A DNA stretch of 64,000 nt from Candidatus Edwardsbacteria bacterium RifOxyA12_full_54_48 (GTDB lineage: Bacteria; Edwardsbacteria; AC1; EtOH8): assembly GCA_001777915.1 (NCBI GenBank), contig MFFN01000009.1:2783-66782 (forward strand), written 5' to 3'. The notes below the pieces were generated by a model. That model searched no databases, was not told the origin of the DNA, and worked only from the letters and a program-made list of their open reading frames with translations. The translations under genes were made by a program, and so were the position numbers. The stretch's first letter is position 1; every line of letters begins with the position of its first letter. Of this stretch, positions 11,957-20,173 are shown one piece after another.

Positions 11957-12946
11957 ATGAGATGGAAAAGTTTACAGATGCCGAAAGGCATTATCATAGA
12001 TGAAGCCAACAATACCGACATTTTCGGACGTTTTACCGCCGAACCCCTGGAGCGCGGCTACGGCCTGACCCTGGGCAACGCTCTGCGCCGGGTTCTGCTG
12101 TCCTCCATAACCGGGTCAGCAGTGGTGGCGGTCAAGATCGAGGGGGTGCTGCATGAGTTCTCCACCATCCCCGGCATCATGGAGGATGTCACCGAGATCG
12201 TGCTCAACCTGAAGCAGCTCAGGATCCGGCTGCATTCCGAGCATCCCAAGACCGTCTACCTGAAGGCCCAGACCAAGGGCCGGATCACCGCCGCCCAGAT
12301 CGAGGGCGACCCCGATGTGGAGATCCTGAACCCCGATCTGCACCTGGCCACCCTGTCCGAGGACGGCAGCCTGAAGATGGAGCTGACGGTGGATCACGGC
12401 CGGGGATACGTGCCGGCCGAGGTGTTCCGCAAGTCATACAACACCATCGGGCTGATCCCGCTGGATGCGGCCTTCTCCCCGGTCTCCAAGGTGAATTTCC
12501 ACGTGGAGAACTGCCGGGTGGGCGAGCGCACCGACTACGACCGCCTGATACTGGAGGTCCACACCGACGGCTCCATCAAGCCGGACATGGCGGTATCCTA
12601 CGCCGCCAAACTGCTGCAGGACCACATCGGGCTGTTCCAGTCCTTTGGAGACAAACCCGACGAACTGCGCGAGGATGCGGTGGATAACGACATGCTTAAG
12701 ATGCGGGATATGCTCAACAAGCCGGTGGAGGAGCTGGAGCTGTCGGTCCGCTCGGCCAACTGCCTGAGAGCCAATAATATCAACACTCTGGGCGACCTGG
12801 TGCAGAAGACCGAGAGCGAGATGCTCAAGTACCGTAATTTCGGACGCAAATCCTTGGCCGAGCTGTCGGTGATCCTCAAGGCTATGAGCCTGAGCTTCGG
12901 AATGAAGGTCGACCAATTTCTGGAAACCAAGAAGAAATCCAAGTAA
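11957..12946 (+). CDS. rpoA: DNA-directed RNA polymerase subunit alpha
   Basis: FTAEPLERGYGLTLGNALRRVLLSSI...ELELSVRSANCLRANNINTLGDLV (alpha NTD and CTD). Confidence 0.96.
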   Translation: MRWKSLQMPKGIIIDEANNTDIFGRFTAEPLERGYGLTLGNALRRVLLSSITGSAVVAVKIEGVLHEFSTIPGIMEDVTEIVLNLKQLRIRLHSEHPKTVYLKAQTKGRITAAQIEGDPDVEILNPDLHLATLSEDGSLKMELTVDHGRGYVPAEVFRKSYNTIGLIPLDAAFSPVSKVNFHVENCRVGERTDYDRLILEVHTDGSIKPDMAVSYAAKLLQDHIGLFQSFGDKPDELREDAVDNDMLKMRDMLNKPVEELELSVRSANCLRANNINTLGDLVQKTESEMLKYRNFGRKSLAELSVILKAMSLSFGMKVDQFLETKKKSK

Positions 12947-12988
12947 ACAACATTTTTCGACTACTTTTCTTAAGTAGAATGGAGATCA

Positions 12989-13531
12989 ATGAGACACCGT
13001 AAAGATACCGTCAAATTAAGCCGCACCCGGTCCCACCGGGCCGCATTGGTCAGCAACATGGTGACCTCCCTGTTCAAATACGAGCGGATAAAGACCACCA
13101 TCACCAAGGCCATGGTGATCCGGCGCGACGCCGAGCACATGATCAGCATCGCCCAGAAGGGCACCCTGGCCGCCCGGCGCCAGGTGGCCACCGTGGTCAA
13201 GGACCAGACGGTGCTGAGGAAGCTGTTCGATGTGATCGTCCCCCGGATGAAGGACAAGAAGTCGGGCTTTATCTCCATCGTCAAGCTGTGGCCCCGCCAC
13301 GGCGACGCCGCCCTGCTGGCCCAGATGGAGCTGTTCGGCGCTCCGGACAAGGTGAAGCCCGAGGAGGCCGGAAAGAAGGCCAAGGCCGCACCCAAGAAGA
13401 AGCCCGCCTCCGCCAAGGCTGCGGCGGACAAGTCCGAGAAAAAGGAAGAGGGCGAGAAAAAGGCCCCCAAGGCCAAGAAGGAAAAGCCGGAGAAGAAGGC
13501 CGTCAAAAAAGAGGCCAAGAAGGCGGAATAA
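12989..13531 (+). CDS. rplQ: 50S ribosomal protein L17 with a ~60-aa Lys/Ala/Glu-rich tail
   Basis: MRHRKDTVKLSRTRSHRAALVSNMVTSLFKYERIKTT; last gene of the alpha operon. Confidence 0.94.
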   Translation: MRHRKDTVKLSRTRSHRAALVSNMVTSLFKYERIKTTITKAMVIRRDAEHMISIAQKGTLAARRQVATVVKDQTVLRKLFDVIVPRMKDKKSGFISIVKLWPRHGDAALLAQMELFGAPDKVKPEEAGKKAKAAPKKKPASAKAAADKSEKKEEGEKKAPKAKKEKPEKKAVKKEAKKAE

Positions 13532-13550
13532 TATCCTTTGAACAATGCGG

Positions 13551-13582
13551 GCGCAGGGTGATTTTCACCTTGCGCCTTTTTT
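13551..13582 (+). terminator. Intrinsic terminator of the alpha operon (repeat copy A)
   Basis: GCGCAGGGTGA-TTT-TCACCTTGCGC hairpin (11 bp, one G.U pair) followed by TTTTTT, 20 nt after the rplQ stop. Confidence 0.8.
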
Positions 13583-13650
13583 ATGAATCAAACGGGAAAA
13601 GCAATTAACTTTGGAATACATCAGCCTGGATCTGCCCCTGGCGCAACGTT

Positions 13651-13820
13651 GTTACTTTCTTGTGACCAAGAAAGTAACCAAAGAAGTCACAACCGCCCAG
13701 TTGCGCGGCGGGCAGGGCGTTTGCTCCGGCATTCATTGGACCAGAGCCGGCAGAAAGCAGATAACGCAATGAATGCTTTTTCGGAGCTGCGGCAATGCCG
13801 CTCCACTGAAGGCGGGGACC
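13651..13820 (+). repeat. Copy 1 of a ~170-bp hairpin-headed repeat element (MITE-like or structured RNA)
   Basis: It starts with a perfect 12-bp-stem hairpin GTTACTTTCTTG-TGAC-CAAGAAAGTAAC. It aligns without gaps to the reverse complement of 42141-42312. Confidence 0.6.
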
Positions 13821-13889
13821 AGAAAGCCAGGAAATTTGTGCCTATTAGCGGTTCCATTTTATCCGAGCACAGTCGTGGGATTGTTAACT

Positions 13890-13924
13890 GCGCAGGGTGA
13901 TTTTCATCTTGCGCCTTTTTGTTT
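13890..13924 (+). repeat. Second copy (B) of the rplQ terminator hairpin
   Basis: GCGCAGGGTGATTTTCATCTTGCGCCTTTTTGTTT has one substitution relative to copy A. It shares the TTTTTGTTT tail with copy C. Confidence 0.75.
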
Positions 13925-13939
13925 GCCAGAAAATAATGC

Positions 13940-13968
13940 TTGACAGGTTATGGCAATAATGATACTAT
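13940..13968 (+). promoter_or_regulatory. Sigma-70-type promoter
   Basis: TTGACA, a 17-nt spacer, then TACTAT, with TG at the extended -10 position. Confidence 0.5.
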
Positions 13969-13974
13969 GCAATA

Positions 13975-14193
13975 AAGTTTGGTATATGGTAAAAAATGAT
14001 GAATAAAAGCGTAAAAATATATTCGTTTGGCATATACCTTGCCAGACCAGACCAGACCAGACCAGACCAGACCAGACCAGACCAGACCAGACCAGACCAG
14101 ACCAGACCAGACCAGACCAGACCAGTTATATAAGTTATTACCGACAGAAAACGTCCCGTCTTGCTTCCCGCAAGGAAGCAGGGCGGGTTTTTT
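13975..14193 (+). ncRNA. Candidate ~215-nt small RNA or 5' leader carrying the ACCAG array
   Basis: It is delimited by the promoter at 13940-13968 and the terminator at 14155-14193. No RBS-preceded ORF lies inside. Confidence 0.3.
14041..14125 (+). repeat. Pentanucleotide tandem repeat: GCCAG plus 16 perfect ACCAG units
   Basis: Counted directly in the sequence; 85 nt with no interruptions. Confidence 0.97.
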
Positions 14194-14198
14194 GTTTT
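14155..14198 (+). terminator. Intrinsic terminator or attenuator hairpin
   Basis: CCCGTCTTGCTTCC-CGCAA-GGAAGCAGGGCGGG (14-bp stem, two G.U pairs) followed by TTTTTTGTTTT. Confidence 0.65.
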
Positions 14199-14245
14199 AA
14201 GTTTTCCCACCTATTTTAATGTGAGTATGAAAGGAGGTGAAACTT

Positions 14246-14596
14246 GTGGCAATAAGAATTGGACGCAGCTTTGCCGATCTGATAAGCATATTGGAGCAGG
14301 TCACGGCTGGCCTTAAATCGGCTGCCGGCGACGCCAAGCAAAAGGCTTATGCGTTGGAACTGGGTAAATATTTGAGTGTTTTGCGTGCATTGGATGAAAA
14401 GCAGGAGAAGGCCAAGGCCGAACTGCACAAGCTTTCCAAGGACTTGAAGAAAAACGAAACCGAAGTGCGGTTGCTGCTGGGCAAGGTGGTAAGCTATTTG
14501 GAATCGGAATATGGGAAATCTTCGCCGGAACTGCAAAAGTACGGGGTGGCCCGCAGGCAGCCGGGCGGGAAAAAGGGGCCCAGGGTAAAAGCCTAG
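14246..14596 (+). CDS. Hypothetical 116-aa helical/coiled-coil protein
   Basis: An in-frame GTG lies 8 nt after AAGGAGG; the track ORF starts at 14237. The sequence is Lys/Glu/Leu-rich and I recognise no family. Confidence 0.5.
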   Translation: MAIRIGRSFADLISILEQVTAGLKSAAGDAKQKAYALELGKYLSVLRALDEKQEKAKAELHKLSKDLKKNETEVRLLLGKVVSYLESEYGKSSPELQKYGVARRQPGGKKGPRVKA

Positions 14597-14778
14597 TGTA
14601 TTAGAAAAACAGCACACAGTATCTCGGGGTGGTATCCAGGTATTATGTTAATATACGGCATTAGTATGTCAAGGTAATCTACTATTAAACAATAGAATAT
14701 TATAGTATTGTTTATATTTATAATAAACTGAAAATGGTTGGCCAAACTGAAATATTAAACGTAGAAAGAAGGTTTTAT

Positions 14779-17700
14779 ATGATAAAGCGAATAATACTAA
14801 GTGCGATGCTTTTGTTGGCGTTTTCTAATTCGTTTGCTGCTTTTGGAATTAAGTATGTTCCAATAAAAGATACAATATTATTATCACCTGGTGAATCATT
14901 TTCTGGTAGCGTGTATCGTTATGCTTGGTCGAACGAACCTGGTTGGTACACCTTTATAGATGATTGTATACGCCCATTGTTTGACCGAAATTTATCTTTT
15001 AATAGTGGTTGGCCTTATGTGCTAGATACGGGAAATAATAAAATTCATGTCAGAGGGTTAGATTCTGATAGTACTTGGGGTTTAAATGCACCTAGTACAC
15101 ACTATGCAAGCGGATTTTGCACATATTCACTATGGATTGATCCAGACGCAACGCCGAGCAGTACATTGTATGCCGTTCATGTTCTTAATGGTGGGTCAGA
15201 TATTGGGAATGCCGTTCATGTTCTTAATGGTGGGTCAGATATTGGGAATGCCGTTCATTTTAAAGTTGTAGCTAAAAAGCCGAAAGGATGTGATGGAATA
15301 GGGAATCCTGTATCTGCTCTATATGGCAATAAAATTCTTGATGAAAATGATATTTCGTATAAAGATTTATATTTCCAAAGAAAATACGCAAAAGGAATAA
15401 AATCATTAAGTGATAGCAGTAAATATTGGAGAAAACCATTTGGAAGCATTGATTGGAATCATAGTTGGAATATATATCTTACTAAAAGTTCTAATAACGA
15501 TACTATAATATTGATTGATGGCATCAATGGTTGGAATAAATATTTACGTATTTCTGGTAGTACAGATTATTTATCAGAGCGACAGGACGGAAATTATTTG
15601 GATAGTATTACCGGCGGGGGGTGGAATTTAAATAAATCTGACGGTACCAGGTATAGATTCAATATTTATGGCACAGTGGATAGTATAATTCTGAAAAGCG
15701 GCAAGTTTTATAAACTATGGCATGCTGCAGATAGCACATACCTTGATAGCATTTCAAGTTATTGTGGTAGCAACCTAACTTTACGCTATGGTGTTTCAAA
15801 TCAATTATTAAGGTTGTTTTATGATTCTTTAGAATATTACGTTGAATATAGATATGATACAACAAGAGCAGGTATGAATATCAGTCAAGTAATTTCTCAT
15901 ATTAACAGCGATGGTTCGGAGAACATTTTAAGCAGATTTTATTACAATGGCGATATTACTAAAAGTATAAACGGGGATTATGGTTCTGGCAGATTGTCTG
16001 TATATCAAAGGGGTTTAGGTTGTATAGACACAACCTATAGAGGTAGTAATAAAAAATATGATCGTCTTTGTTGCTGGTATGATTCAACTAATAACAAATT
16101 ATGTTATCAGGAAATGATAAAAGGCGATAACGATACTAATATAACAAACGACAAGGTGGTTTATAAGGCTTATATAAAATATTTCTTTAACTCATCAACT
16201 ACTACAGGATATGATAGTACTAAAGTATACTACTGGGAAGAAAATTCGATAATAGGTGCACATGATCCTACTAATCACAACTTTAATCCTAAGGACAGCC
16301 TTGCTGCCTGGACCGATAACGAAAAATATTTTATAAAAACTTTAATATTCAACAAGGACGGAACCAAATACAAGGACATGACCTATAGCCCCATTACCGG
16401 GATTACTGTTACTACAAAAGATACAATTTATGACAAGGATTACAATCCCGGTTTGGTGATTGGCCCCAATGACGACAGCACGAAATATTATTACTCCACC
16501 TATAAAAACCCCGGTGACACTACCACCCGCTACTGGCCCAGCCCCAGCAAGGTAAAATACCCCAACGGGGATTCGGTGATGACCTACTTCTCGGCCAAGG
16601 GGGATTCCAATTACCGGCTGCCGGATTCGAGCCGGGACGAGATGGGGCGGATAACGGTCTACCATTACGATTCTGAATACAACGATACGGCAGTGGTGTA
16701 TAAGAACCGGGTGCTGGCCGACGGCGAGGGCAGCAACCACGACGTGACCACCAGATACCATTACAACAGCAAGGGCAACCTGATTGAAACCCTGGATCCT
16801 CTGGGGCACAAGACCATCATGCATTACACCGATTCCGATACCGGGCAATATATGATAGAACAGCGGATAGACATGGGAACATCCGGGGAGGGTAACGAGG
16901 ATATAGTCACCCAGTACGGGTATAATTTGAGTAATGGGACTATGGATACCATGACATTCTACCGGGATTACCCCAACAATCCCAGCCGGACCTATTATAC
17001 CTACGACCAGTTCAAGCATCTGGTAAAGACGGTTTATCCCGATACCGCCAGGGATTCCATGGTTTACGACCTAAAGGGTAATCTGCTTAAAAAATACACC
17101 ATCAAGACAGATACGCTTTATAAGGCGGAATACGAATACGACCCGCACGACCATCTGACCAAGCTAAAGGAATACCGTTCGCCCAACGATTCGGCCAATG
17201 CCTATGATTCCACCCTGTATGCCTACAACCTACACGATAAGATGATATCCCAGACCAACGCTTTGGGTAAAATTACCAATTATACTTACTGCATGGACCG
17301 GTTGGTCAAAATCGCCTATCCCGATACCACGTATGATAGCATGGGCTACTGGCCCGGGGGCGATCTGAAGTTCAAAAAAGACCGCAAGGGCCAGGTGACG
17401 TATTACCAGTACGACGGCTATTCCGCCGGCTGCGGCTGTATGTCGTCCAGCCGCTCAAGATTGGCCAAAAAGTATTATTACGACAGCTTGGACCAGTATG
17501 TCAACGGGTTCAACTATCCTTCTGATTCGGTGATCTACGATTATGACCAGGTTGGCAACCGCACAAAAATGGTTGACAAAAACGGAACTACGATGTATTC
17601 TTACGACGGGCTTTATAGGCTGCAAACCGACTCCTGCGGCTATTTGAACACCAAGAACAGATACCAATATGATATGGCCGGCAACCGGACCCGGTTGAAG

Positions 17701-19245
17701 GTTTATAAGGGCGATGACACTACTATTTGCTATCTTGACCAGAATGATACTTTATATGATAATGCCAATCGGTTGGGGCGCACAACGGTGTCCGGGGATA
17801 ACTACGATTTTACCTATTGGGATACCGGCATACCAAAGAGGATAAGCTATCCCACCTATGGTTTTTATTTATACGAAGACTATTGGGCTACACCCCGTGG
17901 TTATATTGATTCTATGAAAACAACTTACAGAGATGAACAGGGAACCTTTGTATGGTTTAGGAATAAATATACTTACAACGGCTTGGGCGACCGGCTTACC
18001 AACTACGTTTACATGACGCGTCCCGGCACTTCGGTGCTTTCCGGCACGATAAATTATACCTACGACGGCCTGCGGCGGCTGAAAAAAGTGCAGAACCCGG
18101 CCGGCTTCAACAATGCGGCCACCATAGATTACGCTTATGACGGTCTCGGCAACCGGCTTTCCAAGTACCGGAGCAATGGAAACGACACCTCCTACGCATA
18201 CAACCAGGCAAACAATCAATTGACAATTTACGATAACATACCGCCCAGCGCGGAGGGATTTTACAACTACTACGACGCCAACGGCAACATGACCACCAGA
18301 TCCGAATGGGCCGAATGGTATTTCAGCTACGACTATGAGAACCGCTTGACAAAGTGCAAAACGGAGAGCAGCGACAGCACCTTGCTTTATTACAATGGCG
18401 ACGGGGCAAGGTTAAAAAAGGTGGGAACGAATGACAGCTCCAAGCAGTATATACCGGACGGCATGTATTCGGTGGTGGAAAGAACCAATAGCGACAGGCT
18501 GCGGTACAAATACGTTTACGCCAACGGCATGCTGCTGGCACGCACAGACAGTTCTGGCAATACCTACCAATACCAGCATAATGCGCTGGGGAGCGTTATT
18601 GGGGTTAATGATAAGAGTTCGGCGGTGTATAAAAGTTATCTGTACGACGAGTTCGGGGATTCTTTAGGGGCTTGGGGCAGCCTGAGCAATAGCTATCGCT
18701 ATACCGGGCAGGAATGGGACGCCTTGCCGCTGAAAGGGTACAATTTACGGGCACGAGAATATTACCCGAAAGTCGGCAGGTTTATGCAGAATGACCCGAT
18801 AGGTAATGCAGGCGGTAGTTTGAATTGGTATTTGTATGTGGCAAATAATCCGGTGAATTATATTGATATTCTTGGATTGAGTGAATGTACTCGTGAAGAA
18901 ATGGTTAACGATGCCGCAGGTATTATGGGTAAGTCTATAAGGTTTTATCGTAATAACGTAAATAGTGGTATGGATTGTGCTCATTGGGCAAAGGCATTTC
19001 AAAATATGTTTGGTACCCCAAATACTAAATGTTGTAAAATGACAGATGTAGGTTATTGGTGGTTTAATAATCGTAATTGGCCAATGCATAATTTAATACG
19101 TGTTGATTGCACAAGTAAATGTGATGATGATAAATATATTTTCTTTATTGATGGATGGTTGGCTGCATTAATTGGTAATAAAACGCCAATATTCTTCGAT
19201 ATGCCTGGTTCACAACCTACGGGCTACCCTTGGGGAGGAAATTAA
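14779..19245 (+). CDS. RHS/YD-repeat polymorphic toxin, 1488 aa, with a Sec signal peptide and a variable C-terminal toxin tip
   Basis: MIKRIILSAMLLLAFSNSFA signal peptide and many YD repeats (YDGLGNR, YDMAGNR, YDANGN). The RHS core end reads RYTGQEWD...NLRAREYYPKVGRFMQNDPIG...NNPVNYIDILGL (ends at 18879), followed by a 121-aa tip. Confidence 0.9.
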   Translation: MIKRIILSAMLLLAFSNSFAAFGIKYVPIKDTILLSPGESFSGSVYRYAWSNEPGWYTFIDDCIRPLFDRNLSFNSGWPYVLDTGNNKIHVRGLDSDSTWGLNAPSTHYASGFCTYSLWIDPDATPSSTLYAVHVLNGGSDIGNAVHVLNGGSDIGNAVHFKVVAKKPKGCDGIGNPVSALYGNKILDENDISYKDLYFQRKYAKGIKSLSDSSKYWRKPFGSIDWNHSWNIYLTKSSNNDTIILIDGINGWNKYLRISGSTDYLSERQDGNYLDSITGGGWNLNKSDGTRYRFNIYGTVDSIILKSGKFYKLWHAADSTYLDSISSYCGSNLTLRYGVSNQLLRLFYDSLEYYVEYRYDTTRAGMNISQVISHINSDGSENILSRFYYNGDITKSINGDYGSGRLSVYQRGLGCIDTTYRGSNKKYDRLCCWYDSTNNKLCYQEMIKGDNDTNITNDKVVYKAYIKYFFNSSTTTGYDSTKVYYWEENSIIGAHDPTNHNFNPKDSLAAWTDNEKYFIKTLIFNKDGTKYKDMTYSPITGITVTTKDTIYDKDYNPGLVIGPNDDSTKYYYSTYKNPGDTTTRYWPSPSKVKYPNGDSVMTYFSAKGDSNYRLPDSSRDEMGRITVYHYDSEYNDTAVVYKNRVLADGEGSNHDVTTRYHYNSKGNLIETLDPLGHKTIMHYTDSDTGQYMIEQRIDMGTSGEGNEDIVTQYGYNLSNGTMDTMTFYRDYPNNPSRTYYTYDQFKHLVKTVYPDTARDSMVYDLKGNLLKKYTIKTDTLYKAEYEYDPHDHLTKLKEYRSPNDSANAYDSTLYAYNLHDKMISQTNALGKITNYTYCMDRLVKIAYPDTTYDSMGYWPGGDLKFKKDRKGQVTYYQYDGYSAGCGCMSSSRSRLAKKYYYDSLDQYVNGFNYPSDSVIYDYDQVGNRTKMVDKNGTTMYSYDGLYRLQTDSCGYLNTKNRYQYDMAGNRTRLKVYKGDDTTICYLDQNDTLYDNANRLGRTTVSGDNYDFTYWDTGIPKRISYPTYGFYLYEDYWATPRGYIDSMKTTYRDEQGTFVWFRNKYTYNGLGDRLTNYVYMTRPGTSVLSGTINYTYDGLRRLKKVQNPAGFNNAATIDYAYDGLGNRLSKYRSNGNDTSYAYNQANNQLTIYDNIPPSAEGFYNYYDANGNMTTRSEWAEWYFSYDYENRLTKCKTESSDSTLLYYNGDGARLKKVGTNDSSKQYIPDGMYSVVERTNSDRLRYKYVYANGMLLARTDSSGNTYQYQHNALGSVIGVNDKSSAVYKSYLYDEFGDSLGAWGSLSNSYRYTGQEWDALPLKGYNLRAREYYPKVGRFMQNDPIGNAGGSLNWYLYVANNPVNYIDILGLSECTREEMVNDAAGIMGKSIRFYRNNVNSGMDCAHWAKAFQNMFGTPNTKCCKMTDVGYWWFNNRNWPMHNLIRVDCTSKCDDDKYIFFIDGWLAALIGNKTPIFFDMPGSQPTGYPWGGN
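15171..15258 (+). repeat. Perfect 39-bp tandem duplication plus a 10-bp partial third unit inside the RHS N-terminal region
   Basis: TGCCGTTCATGTTCTTAATGGTGGGTCAGATATTGGGAA occurs twice, giving AVHVLNGGSDIGN twice in the protein. Confidence 0.95.
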
Positions 19246-19246
19246 A

Positions 19247-19681
19247 ATGTTAAAAAATATTAAGTATCAAGAATTATTTATTTTTATTATTGCTATTTTA
19301 TTTGTGACGGTTTTCGTAATAATATCTTTTAATAATGCAATATTTATTATTTCACCTTTAGGTATTGCGCTTTATGTTGTAGCAATATTACTAACTGTTT
19401 CATTAACTATAACTAAAGCAAAGGAAAGACGGCGGAATATACGCTTTGTAATAATCAATCTAATATTTTTATTATTTCTTTTTTCTATAGCACTTAGATT
19501 AGTCTTACATGAAAAAACGATATTGCCAATAGTAAAATATAATACATTATCAAATAAATTATATTTATATTCCGCATTATTAGCAATAATATATTTTATA
19601 ATATTTGGCCTGATTGATTTTGTTAAGTTTATTGTTGAACGCTTTAAGGTTTTTATAACTACATGCAAAATGGCCCGATAG
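19247..19681 (+). CDS. Putative immunity protein 1 (polytopic membrane protein)
   Basis: The ATG lies 1 nt after the RHS stop and is preceded by GGAGGA. It has about 4 hydrophobic helices, is AT-rich, and its last codons run into the orphan-2 homology block. Confidence 0.55.
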   Translation: MLKNIKYQELFIFIIAILFVTVFVIISFNNAIFIISPLGIALYVVAILLTVSLTITKAKERRRNIRFVIINLIFLLFLFSIALRLVLHEKTILPIVKYNTLSNKLYLYSALLAIIYFIIFGLIDFVKFIVERFKVFITTCKMAR

Positions 19682-20109
19682 GCAATAATGGCGGGAGTTT
19701 GAACTGGTATTTGTACGTGAGAAATAATCCGGTGAACTGGACAGACCCGACGGGTTTGAAAACGTGCATTAATTGGGGTCATACCCCCTGGGTAATAAAA
19801 AATAAAATATACGGTTCATGGGAATTTTATACAATTTTCCCACCCGACAATGGCATTTTGCCAGGGAAGGCTCTATGTACTTGGAAGCGTACTTATTCAT
19901 ATGTAAAAAGTGCTATAAAAATAAAAAAATGTTGGGAAGATTGTAGTGATCAATTTTCGTGGTTTGAAATGGATGGTGAGACTGCTGTTGATGTTTCGAC
20001 TTTTAATTATAAGCGTACTGAAGGACGAAATATCCCAGGGGTAGGTTCACAATGCAGACATCCAAATAATTCTGCGTGGATTACTGTAGGACCAGGAAAC
20101 GAGCATTAA
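19663..20109 (+). CDS. Orphan RHS C-terminal cassette 2 (core remnant plus unknown toxin tip), probably not independently expressed
   Basis: MQNGPIGNNGGSLNWYLYVRNNPVNWTDPTGL matches the end of the RHS core and is followed by a 116-aa unrelated tip. There is no RBS, and the ATG lies inside the preceding ORF. Confidence 0.6.
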   Translation: MQNGPIGNNGGSLNWYLYVRNNPVNWTDPTGLKTCINWGHTPWVIKNKIYGSWEFYTIFPPDNGILPGKALCTWKRTYSYVKSAIKIKKCWEDCSDQFSWFEMDGETAVDVSTFNYKRTEGRNIPGVGSQCRHPNNSAWITVGPGNEH

Positions 20110-20173
20110 AGTGGGAAATAAATATTGAACGGATGAATATTTATCCGCAATAAGTCAATATAAAGGAGTTGAT

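Noticed and set aside
13583-13900. 105-aa ORF, and its look-alike at 41925-42344 (-), sharing LLLSC[DN]QESNQR...RPVAR
   Set aside because: The similarity comes from the shared 170-bp repeat element. The conserved peptide is encoded by a perfect 12-bp-stem hairpin. Neither ORF has an RBS, and their N- and C-termini are unrelated. They are treated as a DNA/RNA element, not a gene.
14041-14125. Possible CRISPR array
   Set aside because: The units are 5 nt with no spacers and there are no cas genes. This is a microsatellite, not a CRISPR array.
13965-14210. 81-aa minus-strand ORF with (GLVWS)n repeats
   Set aside because: It is simply the translation of the ACCAG pentanucleotide array. It has no RBS, overlaps the + strand promoter and terminator signals, and its frame would be destroyed by any single-unit change in repeat number.
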